64,000 nt of DNA from Candidatus Thorarchaeota archaeon (GCA_019057475.1 DXJO01000020.1:96001-160000), one strand, 5' to 3'. Shown: positions 33,325 to 42,797, numbered from the stretch's first letter. Numbers and translations: made by a program. The notes: generated by a model from the letters alone, not told the origin.

Positions 33325-34514
33325 GCAATCGCCTCCTTGATGCATTCTTCGATTGTTCTTATTTTTGTCTTGAAGCTATTCTTTCCGCGCGCATAGAAAC
33401 AAGCCTTGGCAGAGTCCGTCAGCAGACCCTTGAATCGTCCTTTTAGCGGTGCTACTGCGCAACAAGCGTCACTGACTAGGAACGCACCAGCCTTCTCTAT
33501 AGTGTCATAGTATCCCATCTTGACTGCAAGATCTTTGGTGGGTTTTGCAGTCGTAATCCAGACAGTCTTCTCCTTTGCCACCTTCTTGCCCTCTAGCATT
33601 TCCGCAATCTCTGCTATCTCCTTTATGCTAGCATGCGGACAGCCTACACTGATGAAATCAATCTCAACATCTGCATCGTCAAGCTCACTTCGAGCCGCAT
33701 CCAACTCATCCTGAGTGATGACTTCAGTCTTGTCAGGTACCAGTGTCCTGTTTGGCGTCAAACCCTCCATGTGAAAGAGCGCAACTCCTCCGTAGGTTGC
33801 AACCGATGCGCAAAACGACTTCAGCTGCTCAGTTGTAGCATTTGCCACCCCTGTGATATAGGGTATCGCCTTCTTTGTGCGTGTCCCGATTACTTGCCCG
33901 AGAAGGCCAAAATCATCAGTGTTCTCTATCCTTGCCTCGACATCGTATCTAACCTGTGCGACGCGATTCTCTTGCAGATGGAACCCATACTCTGCAGTTC
34001 TCCCGGTGAGTGCAGAAGCGAGCGCACTCGGGCCACCCTCTCTATTGGTCATTGCACCAATCACCGAGTTAGCAAAGCATACCGCTGAAGACTCCGCCCA
34101 CGCGATATGTTCCCCATAGTGCGGCAGATTACCGATTAGGTACGGTGTGCATGTGCACGTGGCAATCACACCCATCTTCAAGAAGGCGTCCACTACTCTC
34201 TTCTGATTCTTCGCAAAGCTCTCACTGATGCCGTGCTTCTTCCATTCAGTCAGGTCCATTCCGGCAGGATTCAAAGTGGTGAGGACTCTGGTCTGACCAT
34301 CTTCTGCCATATCGGAGAGATATTCAAGACCTGCTTCTCCAAGATTATGGTACGAAACTCCCGCAATTTGGACACTTGAAACTGAAATGAGCCTCTTGGC
34401 CCCGTATATTTCTCCAAGTGCTGTTATGATCTCCATGGCCTTTTTGGCAGATTTTCCGTGCTTGCCATCCAGCATATCTCTGTCATCTTTAGTGAGTTCC
34501 AGCCCCAATCTCAA
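33321..34514 (-). CDS. Aconitase X catalytic subunit (DUF521), phosphomevalonate dehydratase large subunit
   Basis: TCTCTPY, AWAESSA..FANSVIGA.TNREG, GCPH; operonic with mvk. Confidence 0.92.
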   Translation of the reverse strand: MRLGLELTKDDRDMLDGKHGKSAKKAMEIITALGEIYGAKRLISVSSVQIAGVSYHNLGEAGLEYLSDMAEDGQTRVLTTLNPAGMDLTEWKKHGISESFAKNQKRVVDAFLKMGVIATCTCTPYLIGNLPHYGEHIAWAESSAVCFANSVIGAMTNREGGPSALASALTGRTAEYGFHLQENRVAQVRYDVEARIENTDDFGLLGQVIGTRTKKAIPYITGVANATTEQLKSFCASVATYGGVALFHMEGLTPNRTLVPDKTEVITQDELDAARSELDDADVEIDFISVGCPHASIKEIAEIAEMLEGKKVAKEKTVWITTAKPTKDLAVKMGYYDTIEKAGAFLVSDACCAVAPLKGRFKGLLTDSAKACFYARGKNSFKTKIRTIEECIKEAIA

Positions 34515-35818
34515 TCGCTCCTGAATTTACTTGGGTCCATTTTTGGAAATTCCGCCCGGTCAAAGCTCTTTCCTTTCGCAACCAATGGCTTTGTGACGTC
34601 GAAGCCAATCTTTGTAGTCAACTTGGTGCCTGGCTCAGCACTCGGGTCGAGAGAGCTACCAGGTTCACGGTCCTTGATGAGCATGTCTTCATCACCCTGG
34701 AATCGTGTCGCCAATGCCCACTCTCTGTCCTGCTCGTTGTAGATGTCTATGTCATCATCATAAACCCAGACATGTTTTGCGCTTCGGTGTCCTCCAAATG
34801 CCCCCTCTAGAGCTTTGAGGCCATCATCCTCATTCTTTTTCCTGATTTTGATGGCTATGTGAAGCCAACTTGCCCCTCCAGGCGTGATGTTAACATCAAG
34901 CACATCAACTCCCTTCTCAGCCACCTTGCGAAAGACAGTAGGCTCCCTGGGCATCCCCATCAAGACCTTGTGCTCTGATCGTCCTGGCAGAAGTCCCTGC
35001 CAAATTGCAGTCTTTCTGTGAGTAATCTTCTTGACTTCAAAGATGGGTTCCTGACGAATCACGTCTACCGTTTCTGTCAGGTCAATGAATGGCCCTTCAT
35101 CAGCTTTCTTTTCCAAGAACACTCTCCCTTCCAGCACAAACTCTGAATCTGCTGGTATCATCAGATCAACGGTCTTTGCTTTGGTCACTCTGATTGGTCT
35201 GAGCGCGTTGGCTATCTCGAGTTCGTCTACACCCGTTTCCACGGAAGTCGCGGCGGCTATCAGAATCTCCGGTGTATTACCTATACAGTAAGCAACGTCA
35301 ACCTCGCCATTCCGTTCCAAGAACTTGTGAAAGTCACGTCCTCTGACAACTCTGGTGACCATTCGGTCCTTGCCAATCTGCATGGCTCTATGGAAGTCCA
35401 GATTCTGTCCAAACTCAGGGTCGCTAGCAACAACAACCCCTGATGATATGTATGGTCCTCCATCCACCTCATTATGAATTAGTATCGGGATGTCATCTAA
35501 GTTCACACTATCCCTAATGACCTCTTGGCAAGGTGCGTCCTTTATTGCTTCAGGAGGGCTTCTATTCTCAATAGCCCTGGTAAGAGTTGGAATGATGTCT
35601 TCCGTCTTGATTCCGAAATAATCCGCAATCTGCTCCTTTGTGCAGAAGAGGTTCCCTGCTACTCGAAATTCAGACTCCTTCACTTTTTCGAATATAGCTG
35701 GTGTTGGTTCCAATGCTTTGAGTACGCCCGCAATCTCAAGATTCCTTGAGATCTTCTTATCAAATTTCTCTATCTTGTTCTCATTGCTCAGTTTCTTAAT
35801 GTAATTCTCGAGTATCAT
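34511..35818 (-). CDS. UbiD-family decarboxylase, probable anhydromevalonate phosphate decarboxylase
   Basis: EGPFIDLT, WALATRFQ, LDPSA; located between mvk and the AcnX genes. Confidence 0.88.
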   Translation of the reverse strand: MILENYIKKLSNENKIEKFDKKISRNLEIAGVLKALEPTPAIFEKVKESEFRVAGNLFCTKEQIADYFGIKTEDIIPTLTRAIENRSPPEAIKDAPCQEVIRDSVNLDDIPILIHNEVDGGPYISSGVVVASDPEFGQNLDFHRAMQIGKDRMVTRVVRGRDFHKFLERNGEVDVAYCIGNTPEILIAAATSVETGVDELEIANALRPIRVTKAKTVDLMIPADSEFVLEGRVFLEKKADEGPFIDLTETVDVIRQEPIFEVKKITHRKTAIWQGLLPGRSEHKVLMGMPREPTVFRKVAEKGVDVLDVNITPGGASWLHIAIKIRKKNEDDGLKALEGAFGGHRSAKHVWVYDDDIDIYNEQDREWALATRFQGDEDMLIKDREPGSSLDPSAEPGTKLTTKIGFDVTKPLVAKGKSFDRAEFPKMDPSKFRSD

Positions 35819-35832
35819 TACGCACGCCTCTC

Positions 35833-36774
35833 TTACAGTCCAAAGGATGTTGTCCATACCCCAGCCGCGCCTGCTTGTTCCAAGACTTTTGCAATCCTAT
35901 CTCTGGTAGCCTCATCCGGGGCTAGCGATATCATGTTGCCTCCTCGTCCTGTCCCAGTCATCTTGGAGCCCAGCGCTCCATTTTCTCCAGCAACTTTCGT
36001 CAGGGCATCCAGTTCCTTGCACGACACAGTGAGTTCCTGCAGCAGTTCGTGGTTCTTGTTCATGAGCTTGCCCACTTTCGAAAAATCCAGTTGAAGCAAT
36101 GCATCATGACCAGAATGGACTAAGTTCTCGTACTCTCGGGCAATTTTGTCGAACCATTCAGGATTCTCATTTTTCTTGGCTCTCACATCCCCTACTACCT
36201 CTATCGTACTCGCAGTGATACCGGTGGATGCAATCACTAAATGCGCCAGTTTCTTCAGTTTGAGTTTCTCAAATGTTGGCGGGCCGCCCTTGAGATTTCT
36301 GATATACCACACAAGTCCTCCAAAGGTTGACGCGGTGTTATCAATCCCAGATGGTGTTCCGTGATAGCCCTTCTCCCCCTCAAATGCAGCCTCATTGATC
36401 TGGTTATTGTTCAGTCCAAGTGAGAATTCATCACTCAGAGCTCGAGCTAGAGCGACACAGCTCGCTGCACTTGCTCCTATGCCAGACGCGCAGACTAAAT
36501 CGCCTCCCAACTCAATATGAATACCCGTTTCTGACAAGTCCACGTTGCAATATCGAAGAACATTGTCAATCGAAACCTTCTGCTCATCGAGTTTCTTGGC
36601 TTTGTATCCAGGCATGGCTGGCCTCTGATCATTAAGTGTCCATCCCACTTGATCTATCTTGCTAACCTTCGCCGTAGTTTCGGCAGCTATACCTGCAGCA
36701 AGCGCGGGTAATCCATATACCACGAAATGCTCACCGAAGAGGATAGTCTTGCCTTTTCCGCTTCCTTGACCCAT
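35833..36774 (-). CDS. mvk: Mevalonate kinase
   Basis: GKTILFGEHFVVYG, GIGASAA, HGTPSGID, KMTGTGRGG. Confidence 0.93.
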   Translation of the reverse strand: MGQGSGKGKTILFGEHFVVYGLPALAAGIAAETTAKVSKIDQVGWTLNDQRPAMPGYKAKKLDEQKVSIDNVLRYCNVDLSETGIHIELGGDLVCASGIGASAASCVALARALSDEFSLGLNNNQINEAAFEGEKGYHGTPSGIDNTASTFGGLVWYIRNLKGGPPTFEKLKLKKLAHLVIASTGITASTIEVVGDVRAKKNENPEWFDKIAREYENLVHSGHDALLQLDFSKVGKLMNKNHELLQELTVSCKELDALTKVAGENGALGSKMTGTGRGGNMISLAPDEATRDRIAKVLEQAGAAGVWTTSFGL

Positions 36775-36932
36775 TGTCACTCAGGTTTAGGTCTGTAAAG
36801 CGGCTGTAGTTAATCGTTGCGCTTGAGCTCTCCCTTCGACATTGGATTAAGTTATGAAAACTTCGCCCTTTGCGTAAGACTCTTGTCCATTTCGCACGAT
36901 GAACAATATATCAACGTGTTAACTGCGGGATA

Positions 36933-37901
36933 ATGATGAGAATTCTTGATCTCTTTGCTGGTGCAGGTGGTTTCTCTGCAGGATTCGGTCCGTCATCTAC
37001 TCACTCGCACCTAGCAATAGACAATGATCCTTTTCCTCTTGGCACATATGCGCTCAATAATCCCCATGCCAAAACCTTGCAGCGCGACATCAGCAAGCTT
37101 CACTCACTGCAGATAGAGGGGATTCTTGGAGGAACCCCAGACATAATCCTTGCATCACCACCCTGTGAAGAATTCAGTCTAGCGAATCCAAAGAGCAATG
37201 ATCTCGCAGCTAATCGAATATATGGTACAGGAACTGCACGATTGCTGTTGGATACAATTCGACTAATTGGAGACCTCGCCCCAGATGTCTTTGTGATTGA
37301 AAACGTGGCCGCGCTCCTTCGGGCAGGAGGCAGAGAAATAACGACTCGAGAGTTCGAGCGTATCGGAATCTATGATATCCATTTCAATCTAGTCCGAGCA
37401 CATCAACACGGAAACCCCTCGAAACGCCTCAGACTCTTCATGAGCAATGTGAAGTTGAAACTTCCAAGAAGTTATTCCCCCACTGTCATGGACGCGATTG
37501 GTAATCTCCCTCCCCTTGGACTCAATGCTCTTCTAAGCCCCTCCAATGAGGTTCCTAACCACGTTTATCGTCCCGCCACCGAACGCAATCAGAAACTAAT
37601 CAATAAAGCACGGTGGGGTTTCGGTGCGAAGCAATTCAGGGGTCCAAAAGGCAGAACCATGCCCAACTGGGTAAGACTATACCCGAATCAATCTTCATCA
37701 TCCATAATCGGCCTATCTCGTTATATTCACCCATACGAAGACCGACTGCTCACTGTGCGCGAGCACGCGCGATTGATGTCATATCCAGATGGCTTTGTCT
37801 TCACGGGCCCGATTGAGAGCCAATACAATCAAGTGGGGGAGAGTGTTCCACCCCTCATATCCAAGCTCATAGCCAAGGAGGTTCAAAAACATCTTGAATG
37901 A
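36933..37901 (+). CDS. C5-cytosine methyltransferase (Dcm family), orphan
   Basis: DLFAGAGG, SPPC, ENV, R.R, QVGESVPP motifs. Confidence 0.9.
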   Translation: MMRILDLFAGAGGFSAGFGPSSTHSHLAIDNDPFPLGTYALNNPHAKTLQRDISKLHSLQIEGILGGTPDIILASPPCEEFSLANPKSNDLAANRIYGTGTARLLLDTIRLIGDLAPDVFVIENVAALLRAGGREITTREFERIGIYDIHFNLVRAHQHGNPSKRLRLFMSNVKLKLPRSYSPTVMDAIGNLPPLGLNALLSPSNEVPNHVYRPATERNQKLINKARWGFGAKQFRGPKGRTMPNWVRLYPNQSSSSIIGLSRYIHPYEDRLLTVREHARLMSYPDGFVFTGPIESQYNQVGESVPPLISKLIAKEVQKHLE

Positions 37902-38364
37902 TACTACAAAGAACGTGTATGTAGTACTACATAACGTACATTCAGTTAGCAAGGTTGCCGAAACCGCTCAGGTCGTCTACGGTCTCGGTTTTTCTAACTT
38001 CATTGTTTCAAAGGCTGAGGGTTCAGCCGCTCAGACAGGGGTTCCGGACGCAAATCGGTTTGCAGTCAAGATGAAGAGCAGCTTCATGGTGATGCCAGAT
38101 TTACGGGATGTGCTCGAAGTCCTTGGAGTTGAAACCCCCCTGCTAGTTACATCCCCCGTTCTTACAAAAGAGAGAGTGAACTTTGACACGCTTGGCAAGA
38201 GAGTGAGGTCAGGAGAGAGGACAGTGATAGTCTTGTCTGGAAGCAACAGTTCGTTCTCGCGAAAAGAAATGGACGTGGGTGAGTGCGTAAGCCTTGAAGC
38301 CCGTGTCGACATCGGACCTGCAGGAACTGCAGCGGTAATCCTTCATAGAATCCTTAGCTCATGA
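37894..38364 (+). CDS. DUF2122-like protein (probable SPOUT fold)
   Basis: VVLHNVHS, GSAAQTGVP, IVLSG motifs; overlaps the methyltransferase stop. Confidence 0.7.
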   Translation: MNDTTKNVYVVLHNVHSVSKVAETAQVVYGLGFSNFIVSKAEGSAAQTGVPDANRFAVKMKSSFMVMPDLRDVLEVLGVETPLLVTSPVLTKERVNFDTLGKRVRSGERTVIVLSGSNSSFSRKEMDVGECVSLEARVDIGPAGTAAVILHRILSS

Positions 38365-38396
38365 AAACGATGAGGTACTAAGAGGATTAGCCCAGT

Positions 38397-39686
38397 CTAG
38401 AAGAGATCAGGAAGCAATGCCTTAGAGCCATGCAGTTTCGCTTGAATCAACGCTTTGATGGCAGTTGTCTTTGAAGGAGTGATATCAAGAACGCCTACTC
38501 CCATGAGTTTGCAGAGTGCAGACAGTGTCGCCGCTAGCCTGTTACAGGTCGGACTAGTGAACACATTTTTCCTCCCCAATCGTGCTTCGAGTGCCTCTCT
38601 GGTTTCTTCAATTGCACAATCACCTGCGATGAATACCCTGCCAGTTATGGAGCCGACATCCTCTCTATCGAAGCCCTTTCCCATGAGGATTGTGAATCCC
38701 CCCTTTCCTTCGTAGTCATAATGAAGCATCTGTAGAACAATCAGCACATTCAGTTCACACCCCTCCGGGCAGAGCATCTCCTTGCCACGGATTATTCTAA
38801 CATCCTCTGGCATTGTATCGAGAATGTTACATGGATACTTCTTCTGGAATCGAGATAGATTCCCTTTCACATTTATCTTACTCAGGTCGCCGATGCCATT
38901 TCCATCATCACGGACAAGTGCGAGGTGCTTGACTTCATTAATATCATAGCCAAGAACCTTGGCTCCCACCGTGTCTGTAGCCAGCGTATCTGCGCCACCG
39001 ATTAGGATGTTCAATCGGTCCAACGACTTACTTTGGAATGGCTCAGTGCTCAGTGGATAGTGTCCGTTAAAGACGGCATTGGTTCCATCAACGAGCGTAT
39101 AATCCGGTCGAACCAGCGCGAAGAAATCGGCTAGTCTGCGGTGGAGATTGTAATTGTGATGGTACCCTCTATCTTTCTGGCTTGGGAATGCCATCTGATT
39201 CTTGACACCCAGAGTGACTGTACTCATAGAGTGAGTCTTCAGTTTGGGCAGAGAAACGTAAGTGTACTCGTCCTGTTCATTCATAAACTTCTGAACAATG
39301 AGCCTTGGAAACTCTATTGTTTCATCGAAATGCGGCAGTTTGACACTTTCAGTGGGCTTCTCATCCAAATAGATGGGCTTTCCCCCAGTTCTCTTACACA
39401 CTTCACGATACCCTGTGAACTCGAACACAATTCGCGTCATGTTTCCTTGTGTTGAATTCTCCATAACAAAGACCTTGGATGCATCCAACTCGTAGAAGTA
39501 GTTAATCACAGCCTCCAAGACACTGGGATCTGTGTAGGCATAAGGCTTGAAGTCAATCGCATTTGGTTTGAGATACACCTCACCGGATGACTTGATTAGG
39601 CTCCTTTCTGGCACAGTGAGTCTGAAGACTTCTCTCACTGCGCTCAACACATCATTCTCAATGTCTACCACAGCAACATCAAACAT
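38397..39686 (-). CDS. DUF362 domain protein (probable Fe-S)
   Basis: YLKPN, PKLKTH..TVTLGVKN, CPEGC, GDCA. Confidence 0.82.
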   Translation of the reverse strand: MFDVAVVDIENDVLSAVREVFRLTVPERSLIKSSGEVYLKPNAIDFKPYAYTDPSVLEAVINYFYELDASKVFVMENSTQGNMTRIVFEFTGYREVCKRTGGKPIYLDEKPTESVKLPHFDETIEFPRLIVQKFMNEQDEYTYVSLPKLKTHSMSTVTLGVKNQMAFPSQKDRGYHHNYNLHRRLADFFALVRPDYTLVDGTNAVFNGHYPLSTEPFQSKSLDRLNILIGGADTLATDTVGAKVLGYDINEVKHLALVRDDGNGIGDLSKINVKGNLSRFQKKYPCNILDTMPEDVRIIRGKEMLCPEGCELNVLIVLQMLHYDYEGKGGFTILMGKGFDREDVGSITGRVFIAGDCAIEETREALEARLGRKNVFTSPTCNRLAATLSALCKLMGVGVLDITPSKTTAIKALIQAKLHGSKALLPDLF

Positions 39687-39726
39687 ATTGGGTCAGTCAT
39701 AGAATAGCAGTGGCAAGAGAAAAGTA

Positions 39727-39834
39727 TGGTGGGCCGGAGGCGATTTGAACGCCCGATCCCTTGGATCCGAACCAAGAATCAATTTGGCAGGTCGCTATTA
39801 GCGGCACCTTGTTACCAAGCTAGACCACCGACCC
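39727..39834 (-). tRNA. tRNA-Pro(CGG) with 31-nt non-canonical D-arm intron (about 21/22; 39782-39812), encoded CCA
   Basis: Removing the intron restores GTCTAGCTTGGTATGAT; TTGG/CCAA central helix; anticodon arm CTTGG-TTCGGAT-CCAAG. Confidence 0.9.
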
Positions 39835-39948
39835 ATGTGCGAACCCAATCCTAGGCGGGTGTCATTTAATTATTTCGTCGAGCATCAGGTGGAATACAGT
39901 CAACCGTACAACATAATAAAGCGCCATATGAAAACGTGGCTGAGAAAC

Positions 39949-40335
39949 ATGTCACTACCTCCTAACGAAGTCAAAATGCTTTCTCGCAAGGACTTGACAC
40001 AGAAGGATATAGAGTACTTCCGGGTCAAGTACGGCAAGAGGTTCGTGAGAGCATTGCGTGCTGTTGAGGAAGGGAAAGTAAAGAAATACCACTTCCTCCC
40101 AAGCGACACCACTAAATGGGTTGTGCATGGTGATACTCGGGCGTACTTGCTAAGCCCTGAAGTTTTCTGTACATGTCGTTCATTCTATCAGTCAGCAGTC
40201 ATTGCACGCGAAATCGACATGTGTTATCACATGCTAGCCCAGAAAATCGCGGCAATTCGCAGTCAGTACATGGCTATTGAGTCTAGTGACGCAGAGCGTA
40301 GACGATTATATACACAGTGGCGAAAAGTAGGTTGA
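39949..40335 (+). CDS. SWIM zinc-finger protein
   Basis: FCTCRSF...MCYHMLA (CxC...CxH). Confidence 0.8.
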   Translation: MSLPPNEVKMLSRKDLTQKDIEYFRVKYGKRFVRALRAVEEGKVKKYHFLPSDTTKWVVHGDTRAYLLSPEVFCTCRSFYQSAVIAREIDMCYHMLAQKIAAIRSQYMAIESSDAERRRLYTQWRKVG

Positions 40336-40420
40336 TTCATCAGTCGTGCATTCTTTGATTTGAGGATAACTTTAAAACTCAGACCAAGTGTGGCACGCTA
40401 ACTGAGCTAGAAGGTCGGAA

Positions 40421-41530
40421 GTGCGAATGCCACGCTTCAATAATACCTCACGGATTATCGTGACTGTAGTAGCCCTGATGATACTTCTGTCATCCTTTCA
40501 GCTCAACGTAAAAGCTCAAGCGCAGCTTGACCCAATTGTTGTTCTTTATGATGCAAGTCATCTTCAGCAGATTGACCCATTCGATGAGGAAGGGCTGAAG
40601 CTGATGTTTGACATGGTGAATGAGTCATCACGATACATTATAAGAATCAATGAGGACAATTCTCTGAATGCATCGGTTCTGAATGATGTGGACATACTGA
40701 TAATATCTGATCCCGACGCAACCTCTGAATTCACTCAAGAGGAATCTTCTGCCATCGCAGAGATGCTGGTTAATGGCAGCTCGCTTTTGGCACTGGGAAA
40801 TCCTACAATCACTCAAAATTCGACCTATTGGAGTTCCGCACCGTTTCAGGATCTAGGTGAGAACATCGCACTGAATACACTCTTTGATCAAATCAACATG
40901 AGCGGAGTGAGATTCAGTGTGAACTACACCTTGGACGACCGGATTTGGGGCGATACGTTGTTCGACTATGAGCATTCCCTACACCCCAACAGCTCGTGGG
41001 TACTACAGCTCGATTCCAGTACTTGGGATACAACGCATCCTATCTTCAAGGACATCAACGAGCTATTCACAATGACTGCCACGCTCAGGCCCATTGATGC
41101 GGCAAGCGCTGTTGCCAGAGGATACGATTCCTCTTTTGCCCAGTTTAGAAAAGGCCCTTACAGCTGGGGCAATGTATCGTTTCCGAACATTAGCCTGACA
41201 GAGTTTGAGGAAGCCCCGCTTTCGTATTCAGCCATCAATGGTACCCTCCCCCCATGGCTTGCAGCCTTCGAGTATAACGGAAGCAGGGTAATCGTTGCCG
41301 GGTCAACGATGATGTTCACCGGTTACAACCTTGACCTGCCAGATGGGGTTTCAAGGTCGGAATCGCAGTGGTTCTACCAAGGTGATAACGCAAGGCTCTT
41401 CATGAATATGCTCGATTGGCTTTCAGCTGGTTCTGCTGAGCCTCCCAGTGCAATAGTGCCCATGTTGACGATTTCTGCTGTGATACTACTTGTTGGTATT
41501 GCTTACTACCTCATCAAAAAGATGCGGTGA
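40421..41530 (+). CDS. Type I membrane glycoprotein with GIFT/GATase-like domain (OST48/IFT52/GldG-like)
   Basis: Signal peptide, VVLYDASH, DILIISDP, SRVIVAGS..MF, DNARLFMNMLDWL, C-terminal TM and KKMR tail. Confidence 0.7.
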   Translation: MRMPRFNNTSRIIVTVVALMILLSSFQLNVKAQAQLDPIVVLYDASHLQQIDPFDEEGLKLMFDMVNESSRYIIRINEDNSLNASVLNDVDILIISDPDATSEFTQEESSAIAEMLVNGSSLLALGNPTITQNSTYWSSAPFQDLGENIALNTLFDQINMSGVRFSVNYTLDDRIWGDTLFDYEHSLHPNSSWVLQLDSSTWDTTHPIFKDINELFTMTATLRPIDAASAVARGYDSSFAQFRKGPYSWGNVSFPNISLTEFEEAPLSYSAINGTLPPWLAAFEYNGSRVIVAGSTMMFTGYNLDLPDGVSRSESQWFYQGDNARLFMNMLDWLSAGSAEPPSAIVPMLTISAVILLVGIAYYLIKKMR

Positions 41531-41534
41531 AACA

Positions 41535-42155
41535 TCACCATTCCGGCTTCTCTACGCCCCGCCTGTCCAAATTCGCTTCGATGGTTTCCTTAAGCTGTGA
41601 GATGTTAACACGCTTAGATGCAGATATCGGCACAATCTGAGGCTCTATGTCTGGCACAACCTCTCTAAGCTTCATCTCCAAATAGTCGAGCTCGTGGGAA
41701 ATCCTGCTTTTCTTGACTTTATCGATTTTGTTTGCAGCCACAACTACACCTGAGGAAATCTCGGATAAGAAACCGTAAAACTCGATATCAACAGGAATCT
41801 CACCACGTTTATCCCATCTCTCGACAAGCACTCTAAACAGGGATACATCTACAATCAGGATTGCTACAGCTATTTTCTTCCCCCATTCCTCAAGCCTGTG
41901 AATGACCGTAGTCTTCGTTTCTTCTATTGTTGCCTTGCTTTGACCTGCCATGTGACCAAAGCCTGCCATGTCAGCTAGAATGACTGGACCAAGGTCTATG
42001 AGAAACTCCCAGCGCGTGCTTCCGGGGCGCTTGCCAACCCGCACTCGCCTACCAGTCAACGCCCGTATAGTACTGCTTTTTCCAACATTGCTTCTGCCAG
42101 CAAATACTATCAGCGGCTTTCCACCCTTGATCTTGGTACGGCTTCGTTCTTGCAT
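41535..42155 (-). CDS. engB: GTP-binding protein EngB
   Basis: AGRSNVGKSS, GKRPGST, DMAGFG, NKID. Confidence 0.92.
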   Translation of the reverse strand: MQERSRTKIKGGKPLIVFAGRSNVGKSSTIRALTGRRVRVGKRPGSTRWEFLIDLGPVILADMAGFGHMAGQSKATIEETKTTVIHRLEEWGKKIAVAILIVDVSLFRVLVERWDKRGEIPVDIEFYGFLSEISSGVVVAANKIDKVKKSRISHELDYLEMKLREVVPDIEPQIVPISASKRVNISQLKETIEANLDRRGVEKPEW

Positions 42156-42199
42156 TCTCCTTCTTCGCCTTTGCTATTTCTCTCAAGAGTGCGTGTTGT

Positions 42200-42352
42200 T
42201 CATGTCGTAGAATAATCGATGCAGTCGGCGGTCCAACTCCTGCGTCCGAGAACTCTGGGAACAGTCTTCTCCTGAATCTCAGTAAAAGGTGTAATTTGCT
42301 GGGATGAAATACAATTGTGTATCTCTTCATTGAGGGACGCAAACATGCTCAT
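42200..42352 (-). pseudogene. Truncated SF2 (Lhr/DEAD-like) helicase N-terminal fragment, 50 codons
   Basis: MFASLNEEIHNCISSQQITPFTEIQEKTVPRVLG resembles a helicase Q motif; stops before Walker A; ATGA-coupled to the upstream ORF. Confidence 0.5.
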
Positions 42353-42600
42353 CTAGAGGACTTCCTCTCCTTCAGATGCTGAATCTCGTTTATCAAGATA
42401 CGCATGTCAGTCCTAAGTGTAATCTCCACATCATCCATTTTGGACTCAAGATCACGCACAACGCCATCGATTGAAACGCATTCAGTCACGAACTCATCAA
42501 CAGTCATCTGTAATGCTGCCAAGTTAGAGATGTGCGCTGCAACATTGTCAAAAGCAGAACGAATTATTTCGTAACAGTCACTGGGAGGAGATTCTCCCAT
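42349..42600 (-). CDS. Hypothetical helical protein, 83 aa
   Basis: ORF with GAGGAG upstream, coupled to neighbours. Confidence 0.6.
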   Translation of the reverse strand: MGESPPSDCYEIIRSAFDNVAAHISNLAALQMTVDEFVTECVSIDGVVRDLESKMDDVEITLRTDMRILINEIQHLKERKSSR

Positions 42601-42603
42601 CGC

Positions 42604-42717
42604 CTACTCCTCTTCTTGAGTTTCACCATAGACTGTGTAGCCGAGAATCATAATTAGCACTACAATGCCGAGTATCTTTAGGGCGACATCAACTATTGGA
42701 ATTAAATCGGCTTGCAT
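42604..42717 (-). CDS. Unannotated 37-aa single-pass membrane protein (OST4-like)
   Basis: MQADLIPIVDVALKILGIVVLIMILGYTVYGETQEEE; TATA-like TTATAA upstream; 3 nt before the next ATG. Confidence 0.6.
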   Translation of the reverse strand: MQADLIPIVDVALKILGIVVLIMILGYTVYGETQEEE

Positions 42718-42797
42718 GGCAATCCTGTGTCCTCGGAATAGGTCGGCTTATAATAATTGCTGATAGACAAATCCCGAACTACAGGACAATGCTCTGT

